A stretch of DNA of 51,664 bases from a virus (IMGVR_UViG_2585427970_000003), one strand, 5' to 3'. Shown: positions 9,118 through 18,204, counted from the stretch's first letter. Notes: generated from the letters alone by a model not told the origin. Numbers and translations: made by a program.

Positions 9118-9753
9118 ATGCGAAAGTTCAAAATTATTATTGAAACGGGAATAGCTGGTGGAGATTTTGAGGATGTATTCGAAGTGGACGATGACGCAAC
9201 ACCTGAGGAAATTCATGACGGAGCATAAGAAATTTTCTTTAACTACTGCAATTACTCATACCACGAAATAAAAGACGATGAGGAAGAACAAAGTGGCTGA
9301 TTTTTGTTCAGCTAAATATAACATCAGTTTTGAAGAGCGGGATGAACTATTAATGGACTATGGTGAGTTACGCGGTGGAAGTGCTGCTGATGTCGAATCC
9401 TAGCGTGATGACTATGAAGCGGGAAAAACTCCGGTCGAAGCATATTGTGATGAGTGGGGCGATGAATGAGCGAGATTAATTATCAGGAAGGGCATGAAAC
9501 GGCGGGGCAAGCAAAACCAGTGGCATGGCGATATCGCTACGTGAAAAAAGGCGTTACGGACTTTCAGGGGAAGTAGTGGTCTGGTGACTGGAAATATGTA
9601 CCGAAAAAAGAGGATTGTAACGACAGGCCGAACTATCAAATTCAGGCCTTATTCACTGCCTCACCAGTCCCAGTTACATCAGAAGAACTGGTTAAAGCTG
9701 TGCACTTTTATGAACAACTAAAACGCGAAAATCCACCAACATCCGGCAACTAG
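9118..9753 (+). pseudogene. Decayed acidic-protein gene(s): in-frame TAA/TAG stops and a frame change
   Basis: ORF from ATG 9118 has TAA at 9226 then continues to TGA 9298; ORF from GTG 9293 has in-frame TAG at 9401, ends 9469; ORF from ATG 9466 has in-frame TAG at 9574, ends 9753. Confidence 0.5.
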
Positions 9754-10007
9754 ATTAATGGATTAACTATGTCGGTTAAACGACCAGCCAACTGAAAAAG
9801 CGGAAACCTGATTACAGGTTGCCAGATAAGGCAATGAGCTACCTGGCGCGGAACGGACTGATAAGTATGGGGAATGTTTTACGATGAACCTTTAGACTAA
9901 AGAGTTTGTAACGCTATGTAAGTGATTTTTTCTGGTTTAGATATTTATATGTCCGGCCAAATTGAGGTGTGTTTAAATGTAATTGCACATTGATTGTAGG
10001 AGGAATA

Positions 10008-10187
10008 ATGAAAAACGCATTGCAGTTTTTGTTTGTTGCGTTCTGGTTGTTCGCATCATGTATGCCCATCATCTTCACAGCAAGGTATATGGAAAAAGTT
10101 GATGTTTTGATATTAATATTTGGATATATAAATGCCCTTTTTTTAGGGGTGTTCATGGCGGTCATGTGCATTGAATACTGGCGGTAA
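10008..10187 (+). CDS. Small hydrophobic membrane protein (59 aa, two predicted TM helices)
   Basis: MKNALQFLFVAFWLFASCMPIIFTARYMEKVDVLILIFGYINALFLGVFMAVMCIEYWR; AGGAGG at 9998..10003, 4 nt before ATG; AT-rich surroundings. Confidence 0.5.
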   Translation: MKNALQFLFVAFWLFASCMPIIFTARYMEKVDVLILIFGYINALFLGVFMAVMCIEYWR

Positions 10188-10521
10188 ATACAGCGAACTC
10201 CATTGGTTTAGTTGGATATTTACTGTGCTGGACAAAAACGGTTTGCGGGGAAATCTTAGTTAAGTAGAATGACTGCGGGTGCTTGAGGCTATCTGCCTCG
10301 GGCATGGACACCAACGGCAGATAGAGAAAAGCCCCAGTTAACATTACGCGTCCTGCAAGACGCTTAACATTAATCTGAGGCCAATTTCATGCTAGACACA
10401 TGTAGGTTAGCCTCTTACGTGCCGAAAGGCACGGAGAAGCAGGCTATTGTTAACACCAAGCTGTAATGTCCCCTTTGAACCATTCTAAAATGTCCCCAGA
10501 CAATTCTCTGGGGGATTTTTC

Positions 10522-11835
10522 ATGATCAAAGAGACTGTTACGATGAGTCATAAGGAACTCCACCGACTTCAGATTATTCAGGAACAAGCTGCGGCACGCA
10601 TTGGCATTTCTATTCGGCAGGTTAAACGTCTGGTGCAACGGTATAGAAATGAAGGGCCTTCTGGTCTGGTTTCCCACCGACGTGGAAAGCGTCCTAATAA
10701 TTCCTTTTCTACTGAATTCAGAGCAACAGTAATTTCACTCCTCAAAGGCCGTTACGCTGATTTTGGACCTACGTTTGCGTGCGAAAAATTGCGCGAGATA
10801 CACGGTTTATCTTTATCCGTTGAAACTCTCAGAAAGTGGATGATAGAAGAGGGGTTATGGCGTGAACGCCGTCGTAAAATTGCCCGTATATATCAACGCC
10901 GCATGCGACGACCATCTTACGGTGAACTGATCCAGATTGATGGCTCACCTCATGACTGGTTTGAAAATCGAGGCCCCAGATGTACACTGATCGTTTTCAT
11001 TGATGATGCCACCAGTGCGTTGATGGCGTTGCGTTTTGTGCCTGCTGAAACAACCCGGGCTTACATGGAAACCCTCCGGGGTTACCTTAATGATCATGGC
11101 GTACCGCTCGCTCTCTACTCTGATAGACACAGTATATTCAGGGTAAATAACCCAGAGCGGGAAGGTGAGCTGACCCAGTTCACTCGTGCGATAAAGACAC
11201 TGGGCATCGAGCCAATCCATGCCAACAGCCCGCAGGCAAAAGGGCGGGTAGAGCGCGCCAATCAGACACTACAGGACAGGCTGGTCAAAGAAATGCGGCT
11301 TCAGAATATCAGTGATATTGAAACAGCAAATGCATGGTTGCCGACCTTTATTGAAGCCTATAACAACCGGTTCGCTACGTCGCCTCGTACTACTGATAAT
11401 GCTCATCTTGATGTGCACCATTCTGAAGAGGAACTGGGTTATATCTTCAGCCTACAGGCGAAGCGCGTTCTGTCTAAAAATCTCACTTTCCAGTACAAAA
11501 GCAGTGCGTTTCAGGTACGCAGTGAGGGCCGGGGATATCGACTTAGGCATTCGGTTGTTACTGTATGCGAGAACTTTGACGGTGAAATTAACGTTCTGTA
11601 TGACGGGAAAGCGCTGGGCTGGGAAAAGTATGTTGATGGCCCGGAGCCTATACCACTGGATGATGAAAAGAGTGTCCATGAACGAGTGGATAATGCCCGT
11701 ATTGATTTACGCTCAAAATACTATGTTAAACCTAAAGCTGACCATCCCTGGCTTACGCGCCGAACGCAAAGTCATCAGCAAGTTAAGCCCCCGAAGTTAC
11801 CTAAAAAGAAGCCTGATCCCGATAAAAAAGATTGA
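10522..11835 (+). CDS. DDE-type transposase / integrase-core-domain protein (IS481/ISNCY-like)
   Basis: 437 aa; N-terminal HTH, then catalytic-type motifs IQIDGS ... LYSDRHSIF ... KGRVERANQ, basic C-terminal tail. Element ends not resolved. Confidence 0.65.
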   Translation: MIKETVTMSHKELHRLQIIQEQAAARIGISIRQVKRLVQRYRNEGPSGLVSHRRGKRPNNSFSTEFRATVISLLKGRYADFGPTFACEKLREIHGLSLSVETLRKWMIEEGLWRERRRKIARIYQRRMRRPSYGELIQIDGSPHDWFENRGPRCTLIVFIDDATSALMALRFVPAETTRAYMETLRGYLNDHGVPLALYSDRHSIFRVNNPEREGELTQFTRAIKTLGIEPIHANSPQAKGRVERANQTLQDRLVKEMRLQNISDIETANAWLPTFIEAYNNRFATSPRTTDNAHLDVHHSEEELGYIFSLQAKRVLSKNLTFQYKSSAFQVRSEGRGYRLRHSVVTVCENFDGEINVLYDGKALGWEKYVDGPEPIPLDDEKSVHERVDNARIDLRSKYYVKPKADHPWLTRRTQSHQQVKPPKLPKKKPDPDKKD

Positions 11836-12271
11836 AACCAAGATCGATTCGGTTGAGTGCATATCCATTCATAGGGTAGATTCTTAAGTCGCGTTTCTGG
11901 TGTTCATTTTCGGGTGGTTTGTTACTTGTTTTACCGGGGATATGCCAGAAACGCGCTGAGTCAGTCTGGGCGGTGCGCGTAATGAGGCGTTATGGTAAAT
12001 AGCCTATGCTAATGTCCGCTAAGAGCAAGAAGCGGAAGTTGGCAGTTTTGTGGACTGTCCCCACAAAAGTGACTACAGAAATAGTTGCAATTCATAATTG
12101 ATCATGGGTTGTCAGTTAAACTCGTGGCGATTTAAATAGACTAATTGGGAGTGCGTCCATTACTTATATCTTGTAATGTTAACTATCAGAAATGATACAA
12201 AGATAATATGTCTTTAAAGAAAAGGCTGATGGCGAAAAGTGGCCCGATGAGGGCCACAATACGGCTGTCAC

Positions 12272-12604
12272 TTAGACGTAAATATCAATGGTGCCAGCGG
12301 TATTTGTATCGTCTTTTTTCTCTTCTTTTTTATCAGGCTGAACTGTCGCGTCTTCATTCTTTTTCTCTGCCTGCTGCCTTAACAACTGCTCCAGTTGAGC
12401 CCAGAGGCTTTCAATTTGCTTCTGTACCAATGCAGCCATTTCTTTTTTCTGCTGTGTCGTCATCCCCTCTTCCGATGAGATTTTCCCAAGCTTTTCAGTC
12501 AGCACCTGAATTTGTCTTGTGATTTTGGCTATTTCTGATGTTCCTTCCGGGGCGGAGTTGTTTGAAATAACGGTTGAGGTATTTCCCTGAATTGTGACAG
12601 ACAT
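12272..12604 (-). CDS. flxA: FlxA
   Basis: 110-aa MSVTIQGNTSTVISNNSAPEGTSEIAKITRQIQVLTEKLGK...; preceded by a sigma-28 consensus promoter. Confidence 0.8.
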   Translation of the reverse strand: MSVTIQGNTSTVISNNSAPEGTSEIAKITRQIQVLTEKLGKISSEEGMTTQQKKEMAALVQKQIESLWAQLEQLLRQQAEKKNEDATVQPDKKEEKKDDTNTAGTIDIYV

Positions 12605-12627
12605 AGATTTCTCCTTTTAAAAAAGCA

Positions 12628-12654
12628 CTATCGGCATGCACAAAAAAATCTTTA
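12628..12654 (-). promoter_or_regulatory. Sigma-28 (FliA) promoter for flxA
   Basis: Minus-strand TAAAGATT-N11-GCCGATAG versus consensus TAAAGTTT-N11-GCCGATAA, about 25 nt upstream of the flxA start. Confidence 0.7.
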
Positions 12655-12806
12655 ATCGTATTTCTTGTGTCATTAATTGTTTGATGTTCAGATTGTTTTC
12701 CTCGCGGGCTGGCGCGCCTCAGAAAGTAAAGCTTGTTGACAGGGGTAAACGTTCGGCAATAATTTTCTGCCGCATGCGGGTGTTGCATAAAACGTGTTAC
12801 GTTCCT

Positions 12807-13112
12807 TTATCGACAGGTCAGGTCACCGCTCACCCGCCGACGAGAAAGCAACACTGACATGCTAAAGCAAAAAATAGATGAATAAGTTGAGTTGTGCATA
12901 TGTAGCCTGACCGTCACAAAGTATATGGTGTCTGTACCAGTAAGATGATGGCCGGACTCTTTAAAAACGAGCTGACCTGCACAATACAGGATGGACTTAG
13001 CAATGGCTGCTCCTGGCACAAAGCGGACAGTGATCACCGTTCTTACGACTACTTTCTGACTTCCTTCGTGACTTGCCCTAAGCATGTTGTAGTGCGATAC
13101 TTGTAATGACAT
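12807..13112 (-). CDS. YdfV-like ORF (101 aa)
   Basis: Length and position between flxA and relB match the K-12 ydfV annotation; no recognisable motifs, may be non-coding. Confidence 0.25.
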   Translation of the reverse strand: MSLQVSHYNMLRASHEGSQKVVVRTVITVRFVPGAAIAKSILYCAGQLVFKESGHHLTGTDTIYFVTVRLHMHNSTYSSIFCFSMSVLLSRRRVSGDLTCR

Positions 13113-13124
13113 TTGTAATTACAA
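13101..13124. promoter_or_regulatory. relBE operator (relO-like palindrome)
   Basis: TTGTAATGACAT followed by perfect palindrome TTGTAATTACAA (13113..13124), just upstream of the relB start. Confidence 0.6.
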
Positions 13125-13136
13125 GAGGTGTAAGAC

Positions 13137-13376
13137 ATGGGTAGCATTAACCTGCGTATTGACGATGAACTTAAAGCGCGTTCTTACGCCGCGCTTGAAA
13201 AAATGGGTGTAACTCCTTCTGAAGCGCTTCGTCTCATGCTCGAGTATATCGCTGACAATGAACGCTTGCCGTTCAAACAGACACTCCTGAGTGATGAAGA
13301 TGCTGAACTTGTGGAGATAGTGAAAGAACGGCTTCGTAATCCTAAGCCAGTACGTGTGACGCTGGATGAACTCTGA
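13137..13376 (+). CDS. relB: RelB antitoxin
   Basis: 79 aa MGSINLRIDDELKARSYAALEKMGVTPSEALRLMLEYIADNERLPFK... Confidence 0.9.
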   Translation: MGSINLRIDDELKARSYAALEKMGVTPSEALRLMLEYIADNERLPFKQTLLSDEDAELVEIVKERLRNPKPVRVTLDEL

Positions 13377-13663
13377 TGGCGTATTTTCTGGATTTTGACG
13401 AGCGGGCACTAAAGGAATGGCGAAAGCTGGGCTCGACGGTACGTGAACAGTTGAAAAAGAAGCTGGTTGAAGTACTTGAGTCACCCCGGATTGAAGCAAA
13501 CAAGCTCCGTGGTATGCCTGATTGTTACAAGATTAAGCTCCGGTCTTCAGGCTATCGCCTTGTATACCAGGTTATAGACGAGAAAGTTGTCGTTTTCGTG
13601 ATTTCTGTTGGGAAAAGAGAACGCTCGGAAGTATATAGCGAGGCGGTCAAACGCATTCTCTGA
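13376..13663 (+). CDS. relE: RelE mRNA interferase toxin
   Basis: 95 aa MAYFLDFDERALKEWRKLGSTVREQLKKKLVEVLESPRIEANKLRGM...; start overlaps relB stop (TGATG). Confidence 0.9.
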   Translation: MAYFLDFDERALKEWRKLGSTVREQLKKKLVEVLESPRIEANKLRGMPDCYKIKLRSSGYRLVYQVIDEKVVVFVISVGKRERSEVYSEAVKRIL

Positions 13664-13734
13664 ACCAAAGCATGACATCTCTGTTTCGCACCGAAGGTGA
13701 CACTTCTGCTTTGCGTTGACAGGAGAAGCAGGCT

Positions 13735-13890
13735 ATGAAGCAGCAAAAGGCGATGTTAATCGCCCTGATCGTCATCTGTTTAACCGTCATAGTGACGGCA
13801 CTGGTAACGAGGAAAGACCTCTGCGAGGTACGAATCCGAACCGGCCAGACGGAGGTCGCTGTCTTCACAGCTTACGAACCTGAGGAGTAA
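13735..13890 (+). CDS. hokD: HokD (RelF) Hok-family membrane toxin
   Basis: Manual translation MKQQKAMLIALIVICLTVIVTALVTRKDLCEVRIRTGQTEVAVFTAYEPEE (51 aa, below ORF-track cutoff). Confidence 0.85.
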   Translation: MKQQKAMLIALIVICLTVIVTALVTRKDLCEVRIRTGQTEVAVFTAYEPEE

Positions 13891-13958
13891 GAGACCCGGC
13901 GGGGGAGAAATCCCTCGCCACCTCTGATGTGGCAGGCATCCTCAACGCACCCGCACTT

Positions 13959-13990
13959 AACCCGCTTCGGCGGGTTTTTGTTTTTATTTT
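13959..13990 (+). terminator. Intrinsic terminator after hokD
   Basis: AACCCGC-TTCG-GCGGGTT hairpin followed by T-run. Confidence 0.6.
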
Positions 13991-14106
13991 CAACGCGTTT
14001 GAAGTTCTGGACGGTGCCGGAATAGAATCAAAAATACTTAAGTAGCGCGCAGGGATAAGAGGGATGGTCCCTTAAAGGGGAGAGCTAATTATCCGGAAGG
14101 ATTCTG

Positions 14107-14358
14107 ATGATGAACATCGAAGAACTGCGTAAAATTTTTTGTGAAGATGGCCTCTATGCTGTGTGCGTTGAAAATGGAAATCTTGTTAGTCATTACCGCA
14201 TTATGTGTTTGCGAAAGAATGGGGCTGCGTTAATTAATTTTGTGGATGCTCGGGTCACGGACGGATTTATCTTGCGCGAAGGTGAGTTTGTCACTTCATT
14301 ACAGGCATTGAAAGAGATCGGAATAAAAGCTGGCTTTTCTGCTTTTTCAGGAGAATAA
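14107..14358 (+). CDS. rem: Rem
   Basis: 83 aa MMNIEELRKIFCEDGLYAVCVENGNLVSHYRIMCLRKNGAALINF... Confidence 0.7.
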   Translation: MMNIEELRKIFCEDGLYAVCVENGNLVSHYRIMCLRKNGAALINFVDARVTDGFILREGEFVTSLQALKEIGIKAGFSAFSGE

Positions 14359-14424
14359 ACTCATCTACAATCTTGCGCGGGGCTGAACTCCCGCTGAGTA
14401 ACACCGTGCCACCGGAGAAAACCG

Positions 14425-14703
14425 ATGGCACGCAACGCAAAATATTACAATTCTGATAATTCGCCCGTTCTTGCCTGCACGCACGGGCGGTATTCTCACG
14501 CATTCAAGTCTGAATGGTTCCAGCACCCTCCATGCACTGCAGAACAGGCCGAATGGCTGATTCATTCTTACCGCAGGCGCGGGTTCGAGGTTAAGAAAGC
14601 TCTCAGTCTCGACTATCGGCACTGGATAATCTCTGTCAGGCTGCCTTATTCCGAACGCCCACCACGTGCGTCCCGCACTTTCCAGCAACGGATCTGGAGG
14701 TAA
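14425..14703 (+). CDS. Hypothetical protein (92 aa)
   Basis: ORF with ATG start; overlaps the start of the ydfU-like ORF in a different frame. Confidence 0.35.
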   Translation: MARNAKYYNSDNSPVLACTHGRYSHAFKSEWFQHPPCTAEQAEWLIHSYRRRGFEVKKALSLDYRHWIISVRLPYSERPPRASRTFQQRIWR

Positions 14704-15754
14704 CGTGCGGGTATTACTTAGACCTGTTCTGGTGCCTGAGCTTGGGCTGGTGGTCCTTAAGCCGGGCCGTGAATCCATACAGATATTTCATAATCCTCGA
14801 GTGCTGGTGGAACCGGAACCAAAAAGCATGCGTAATCTGCCATCCGGAGTCGTTCCTGCCGTTCGCCAGCCGCTGGCGGAAGACAAAACATTGCTGCCGT
14901 TTTTTAGTAACGAACGGGTGATTCGTGCTGCTGGCGGCGTTGGCGCATTGTCCGACTGGCTATTACGTCATGTTACATCCTGCCAGTGGCCTAATGGCGA
15001 TTACCATCACACTGAAACAGTCATTCACCGTTATGGTACCGGCGCAATGGTGTTGTGCTGGCACTGCGACAACCAACTGCGTGACCAGACATCGGAATCA
15101 CTGGAGCTGCTTGCTCAACAAAATCTGACAGCATGGGTGATTGACGTCATCCGTCACGCAATAAGCGGTACGCAGGAGCGGGAATTATCTTTGGCTGAAT
15201 TATCCTGGTGGGCGGTCTGCAATCAGGTGGTGGATGCACTACCTGAGGCTGTATCGCGTCGTTCGCTGGGATTACCAGCGGAAAAAATCTGCTCGGTGTA
15301 CCGCGAAAGCGACATCGTACCGGGAGAGCAGACCGCCACCAGCATATTGAAACAACGCACAAAAAATCTTGCACCGTTGCCTTACGCCCACCAGCAACAA
15401 AAATCACCACAGGAAAAGACGGTGGTAAGCATCACCGTTGATCCAGAGTCTCCGGAATCTTTCATGAAGCTGCCTAAACGTCGCCGCTGGGTTAAGGAGA
15501 AATACACACGTTGGGTTAAGACACAGCCGTGTGCTTGCTGCGGTATGCCAGCCGACGATCCGCATCATCTGATTGGTCACGGGCAGGGCGGAATGGGAAC
15601 AAAAGCACATGATCTCTTTGTGTTGCCTTTGTGCAGAAAGCATCACAACGAGCTGCATACGGATACAGTGGCATTTGAAGATAAGTATGGCTCCCAACTG
15701 GAGCTGATATTTCGTTTTATCGATCGCGCGCTGGCAATTGGCGTACTGGCGTAA
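14666..15754 (+). CDS. ydfU: YdfU-like protein (DUF968-type, Cys/His-rich C-terminus)
   Basis: 362-aa ORF beginning at GTG; C-terminal CACCGMPADDPHHLIGHG...CRKHHNELH cluster; immediately upstream of Q. Confidence 0.6.
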   Translation: MRPALSSNGSGGNVRVLLRPVLVPELGLVVLKPGRESIQIFHNPRVLVEPEPKSMRNLPSGVVPAVRQPLAEDKTLLPFFSNERVIRAAGGVGALSDWLLRHVTSCQWPNGDYHHTETVIHRYGTGAMVLCWHCDNQLRDQTSESLELLAQQNLTAWVIDVIRHAISGTQERELSLAELSWWAVCNQVVDALPEAVSRRSLGLPAEKICSVYRESDIVPGEQTATSILKQRTKNLAPLPYAHQQQKSPQEKTVVSITVDPESPESFMKLPKRRRWVKEKYTRWVKTQPCACCGMPADDPHHLIGHGQGGMGTKAHDLFVLPLCRKHHNELHTDTVAFEDKYGSQLELIFRFIDRALAIGVLA

Positions 15755-15767
15755 GTGGAGAACGAGC

Positions 15768-16520
15768 ATGAACCTTGAAGCCTTACCAAAATATTACTCC
15801 CCAAAATCTCCAAAATTGAGCGATGACGCTCCAGCGACAGGCACCGGTTGTTTAACAATTACGGATGTAATGGCAGCGCAGGGGATGGTGCAGTCGAAAG
15901 CACCACTTGGGTTGGCCTTATTTCTGGCAAAAGTTGGTGTTCAGGACCCTCAGTTTGCGATTGAAGGCCTGCTAAATTACGCGATGGCACTGGATAACCC
16001 GACATTGAACAAATTGAGTGAAGAAATCCGGTTACAGATTATTCCTTACCTCGTGAGTTTTGCCTTTGCTGATTACTCCAGGTCTGCGGCAAGTAAGGCT
16101 CGCTGTGAGCATTGTTCAGGTACGGGATTTTATAATGTATTGCGCGAAGTGGTGAAACACTACAGACGCGGGGAATCTGTAATCAAGGAAGAATGGGTGA
16201 AGGAACTATGTCAGCATTGCCATGGTAAGGGCGAAGCCAGCACAGCGTGCAGAGGGTGTAAGGGTAAAGGGATTGTTCTGGATGAAAAAAGAACCCGGTT
16301 TCATGGCGTACCGGTATATAAGATTTGTGGGCGTTGTAATGGAAACCGGTTTAGTCGTTTACCGACCACGCTGGCACGACGTCATGTCCAGAAGCTGGTA
16401 CCAGACCTGACCGATTATCAGTGGTATAAGGGGTATGCGGACGTCATTGGTAAACTGGTAACAAAGTGCTGGCAGGAAGAAGCATACGCGGAAGCGCAAT
16501 TGAGGAAGGTGACGAGATAA
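15768..16520 (+). CDS. quuQ: Late-gene antiterminator Q
   Basis: MNLEALPKYYSPKSPKLSDD...; CxxC...CxxC zinc-finger clusters (CEHCSGTG, CQHCHGKG, CRGCKGKG, CGRCNG); GGAG SD 8 nt upstream of ATG 15768. Confidence 0.75.
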   Translation: MNLEALPKYYSPKSPKLSDDAPATGTGCLTITDVMAAQGMVQSKAPLGLALFLAKVGVQDPQFAIEGLLNYAMALDNPTLNKLSEEIRLQIIPYLVSFAFADYSRSAASKARCEHCSGTGFYNVLREVVKHYRRGESVIKEEWVKELCQHCHGKGEASTACRGCKGKGIVLDEKRTRFHGVPVYKICGRCNGNRFSRLPTTLARRHVQKLVPDLTDYQWYKGYADVIGKLVTKCWQEEAYAEAQLRKVTR

Positions 16521-16551
16521 ATGATTTTTGCTGAAGATGGCGACATGATGT

Positions 16552-16580
16552 TTGCATTTTTCAAAAAATATGGATAAAAT
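16552..16580 (+). promoter_or_regulatory. Late promoter (PR'-like)
   Basis: TTGCAT (16552..16557), 17-nt spacer, TAAAAT (16575..16580), directly downstream of Q. Confidence 0.5.
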
Positions 16581-16625
16581 TTTTTCAACGATGGGTTTTG
16601 TATACCCGACGTTAAGAAAAAGTAG

Positions 16626-16656
16626 AAAACCCGCTGATGAGCGGGTTTTGTGCTTT
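16626..16656 (+). terminator. Intrinsic terminator (tR'-like)
   Basis: CCCGCT-GATG-AGCGGG hairpin followed by TTTTGTGCTTT, about 45 nt after the late promoter. Confidence 0.6.
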
Positions 16657-16941
16657 AAATGGGGCAATGGTAATGTTGAATCTCATCCCGGGACTCATGT
16701 CTGTTAACTTATTATTTAGCTGGTGACTTGGTTATTTGCCTGATGTTTAAAATGTTTTCTTCCAGTACAATGTCCCTAAACACAATGAGTCTGCTTATTA
16801 TATTATTAGCAGAGCTATTACGGCCAAAGTACAGCATAAGCTTTTAAAGCCAATCAACCAGTCATCAAGACAGACGGGGTTATTCATAAAAACTCTCCAT
16901 GTGTGATCCGATGGGGCCTGAAATTAAAGCTTTAATATAGC

Positions 16942-17154
16942 TCATGAAAGGTAAACATTGGCAGCTGAAGGGCCACGCAGACCATTTATCCGGCAAAATT
17001 CCACGCGTAATCCGGTGGTAATTTCTTCTGCATCGCGGAGATTGAGCGCTGAAACATGAAGCTGGACATCGATACGACCATCGGATGGGGTGATAAGACC
17101 CTTGCCGCTTTTGCCGTCAAAGGTTTTGACAATTCCTGTCATTTTACGGGACAA
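16942..17154 (-). CDS. cspF: CspA-family protein (CspF/CspH type)
   Basis: 70 aa [70 protein letters not shown]. Confidence 0.7.
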
Positions 17155-17454
17155 AAAAATTCCTTAATACTGATAACTTGGCGCACTATACACACGTTCC
17201 TGAAGAAAGCTATAGTTTTTTGATGGGGTTGAAGATGGCTGGATGTCTAAAATAAACATTGCTTCATATGTTCAACTATGCGTTAATGATTGCGTCGGTT
17301 TGAAGAACAGACGATATACGAAGTAGTTTACTAAAGCAGTTCTCATTTCAGGTGTTATTCACTTATTCCTTCTTTGAGTCTCTCCAATTAAGTACGAAGT
17401 CGTTTCTGTTATGCAAACCATTTATGCCGAAAGGCTCAAGTTAAGGAATGTAGA

Positions 17455-17670
17455 ATGTCAAATAAAATGACTGGTTTAGTAAAATGGTTTAACGCTGATA
17501 AAGGTTTCGGCTTTATTTCTCCTGTTGATGGTAGTAAAGATGTGTTTGTGCATTTTTCTGCGATTCAGAATGATAATTATCGAACCTTATTTGAAGGTCA
17601 AAAGGTTACCTTCTCTATAGAGAGTGGTGCTAAAGGTCCTGCAGCAGCAAATGTCATCATTACTGATTAA
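17455..17670 (+). CDS. cspB: Cold shock protein CspB
   Basis: 71 aa [71 protein letters not shown]. Confidence 0.9.
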   Translation: MSNKMTGLVKWFNADKGFGFISPVDGSKDVFVHFSAIQNDNYRTLFEGQKVTFSIESGAKGPAAANVIITD

Positions 17671-17951
17671 AATTCATCGCTCGTCTGTATACGATAACGA
17701 AGAAGGCTGATGCCTGAGTAGAGATACGGACAGAGTAGTGAATATTGGATCTCTTTAATAAAAAGTAAGGAGGTCCAATACATGAAACAATGGCTAGCAT
17801 ATTTGGCAAAATCTTAATCAGGAAAAGTATGCTAACCATTGTGGTGAAGTGCAGGTTTGCTGCATGAATAGTTTTACAGCAGAAGCTAACTGCTGGCATG
17901 GCAAAACAAAGTGCGTAAGTGGATGACTCCCACAAAAAGCACCACAATCTC

Positions 17952-17976
17952 AAACCCGCTCAGGCGGGTTTTTTAT
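17952..17976 (+). terminator. Intrinsic terminator
   Basis: AAACCCGC-TCAG-GCGGGTTT hairpin plus T-run. Confidence 0.55.
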
Positions 17977-18033
17977 TATCTGCTTTAAATATATTATTAA
18001 AATATAAAAAATACTTGTTACTAATAAAATCAA

Positions 18034-18204
18034 TCAGGCTACAGCTTTAAGATTTGTCTGGAATACTTTGTTGCAATGAGGGCAGATCAAAAGGGCACCT
18101 TTTTGTACTCTTGAAAAACTGTGTTCTGACTCTTGGGTGCAGTTTGGGCAGGAACATTTAACGAGATAATTACGGCGTGATTTTGAGTTTTTACGTTCTG
18201 ACAT
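18034..18204 (-). CDS. Small 4-Cys zinc-ribbon protein (56 aa)
   Basis: MSERKNSKSRRNYLVKCSCPNCTQESEHSFSRVQKGALLICPHCNKVFQTNLKAVA; AGGA about 9 nt upstream of the ATG. Confidence 0.5.
   Translation of the reverse strand: MSERKNSKSRRNYLVKCSCPNCTQESEHSFSRVQKGALLICPHCNKVFQTNLKAVA

Noticed and set aside
12208-12522. 104-aa plus-strand ORF
   Set aside because: Fully antisense to flxA, which has a consensus sigma-28 promoter.
16660-17450. tRNA or other structured RNA genes in the csp intergenic regions
   Set aside because: No T-loop-like GGTTCGA motif or cloverleaf-compatible pairing found by eye; these regions are better explained as the long 5' UTRs of the cspF/cspB genes.
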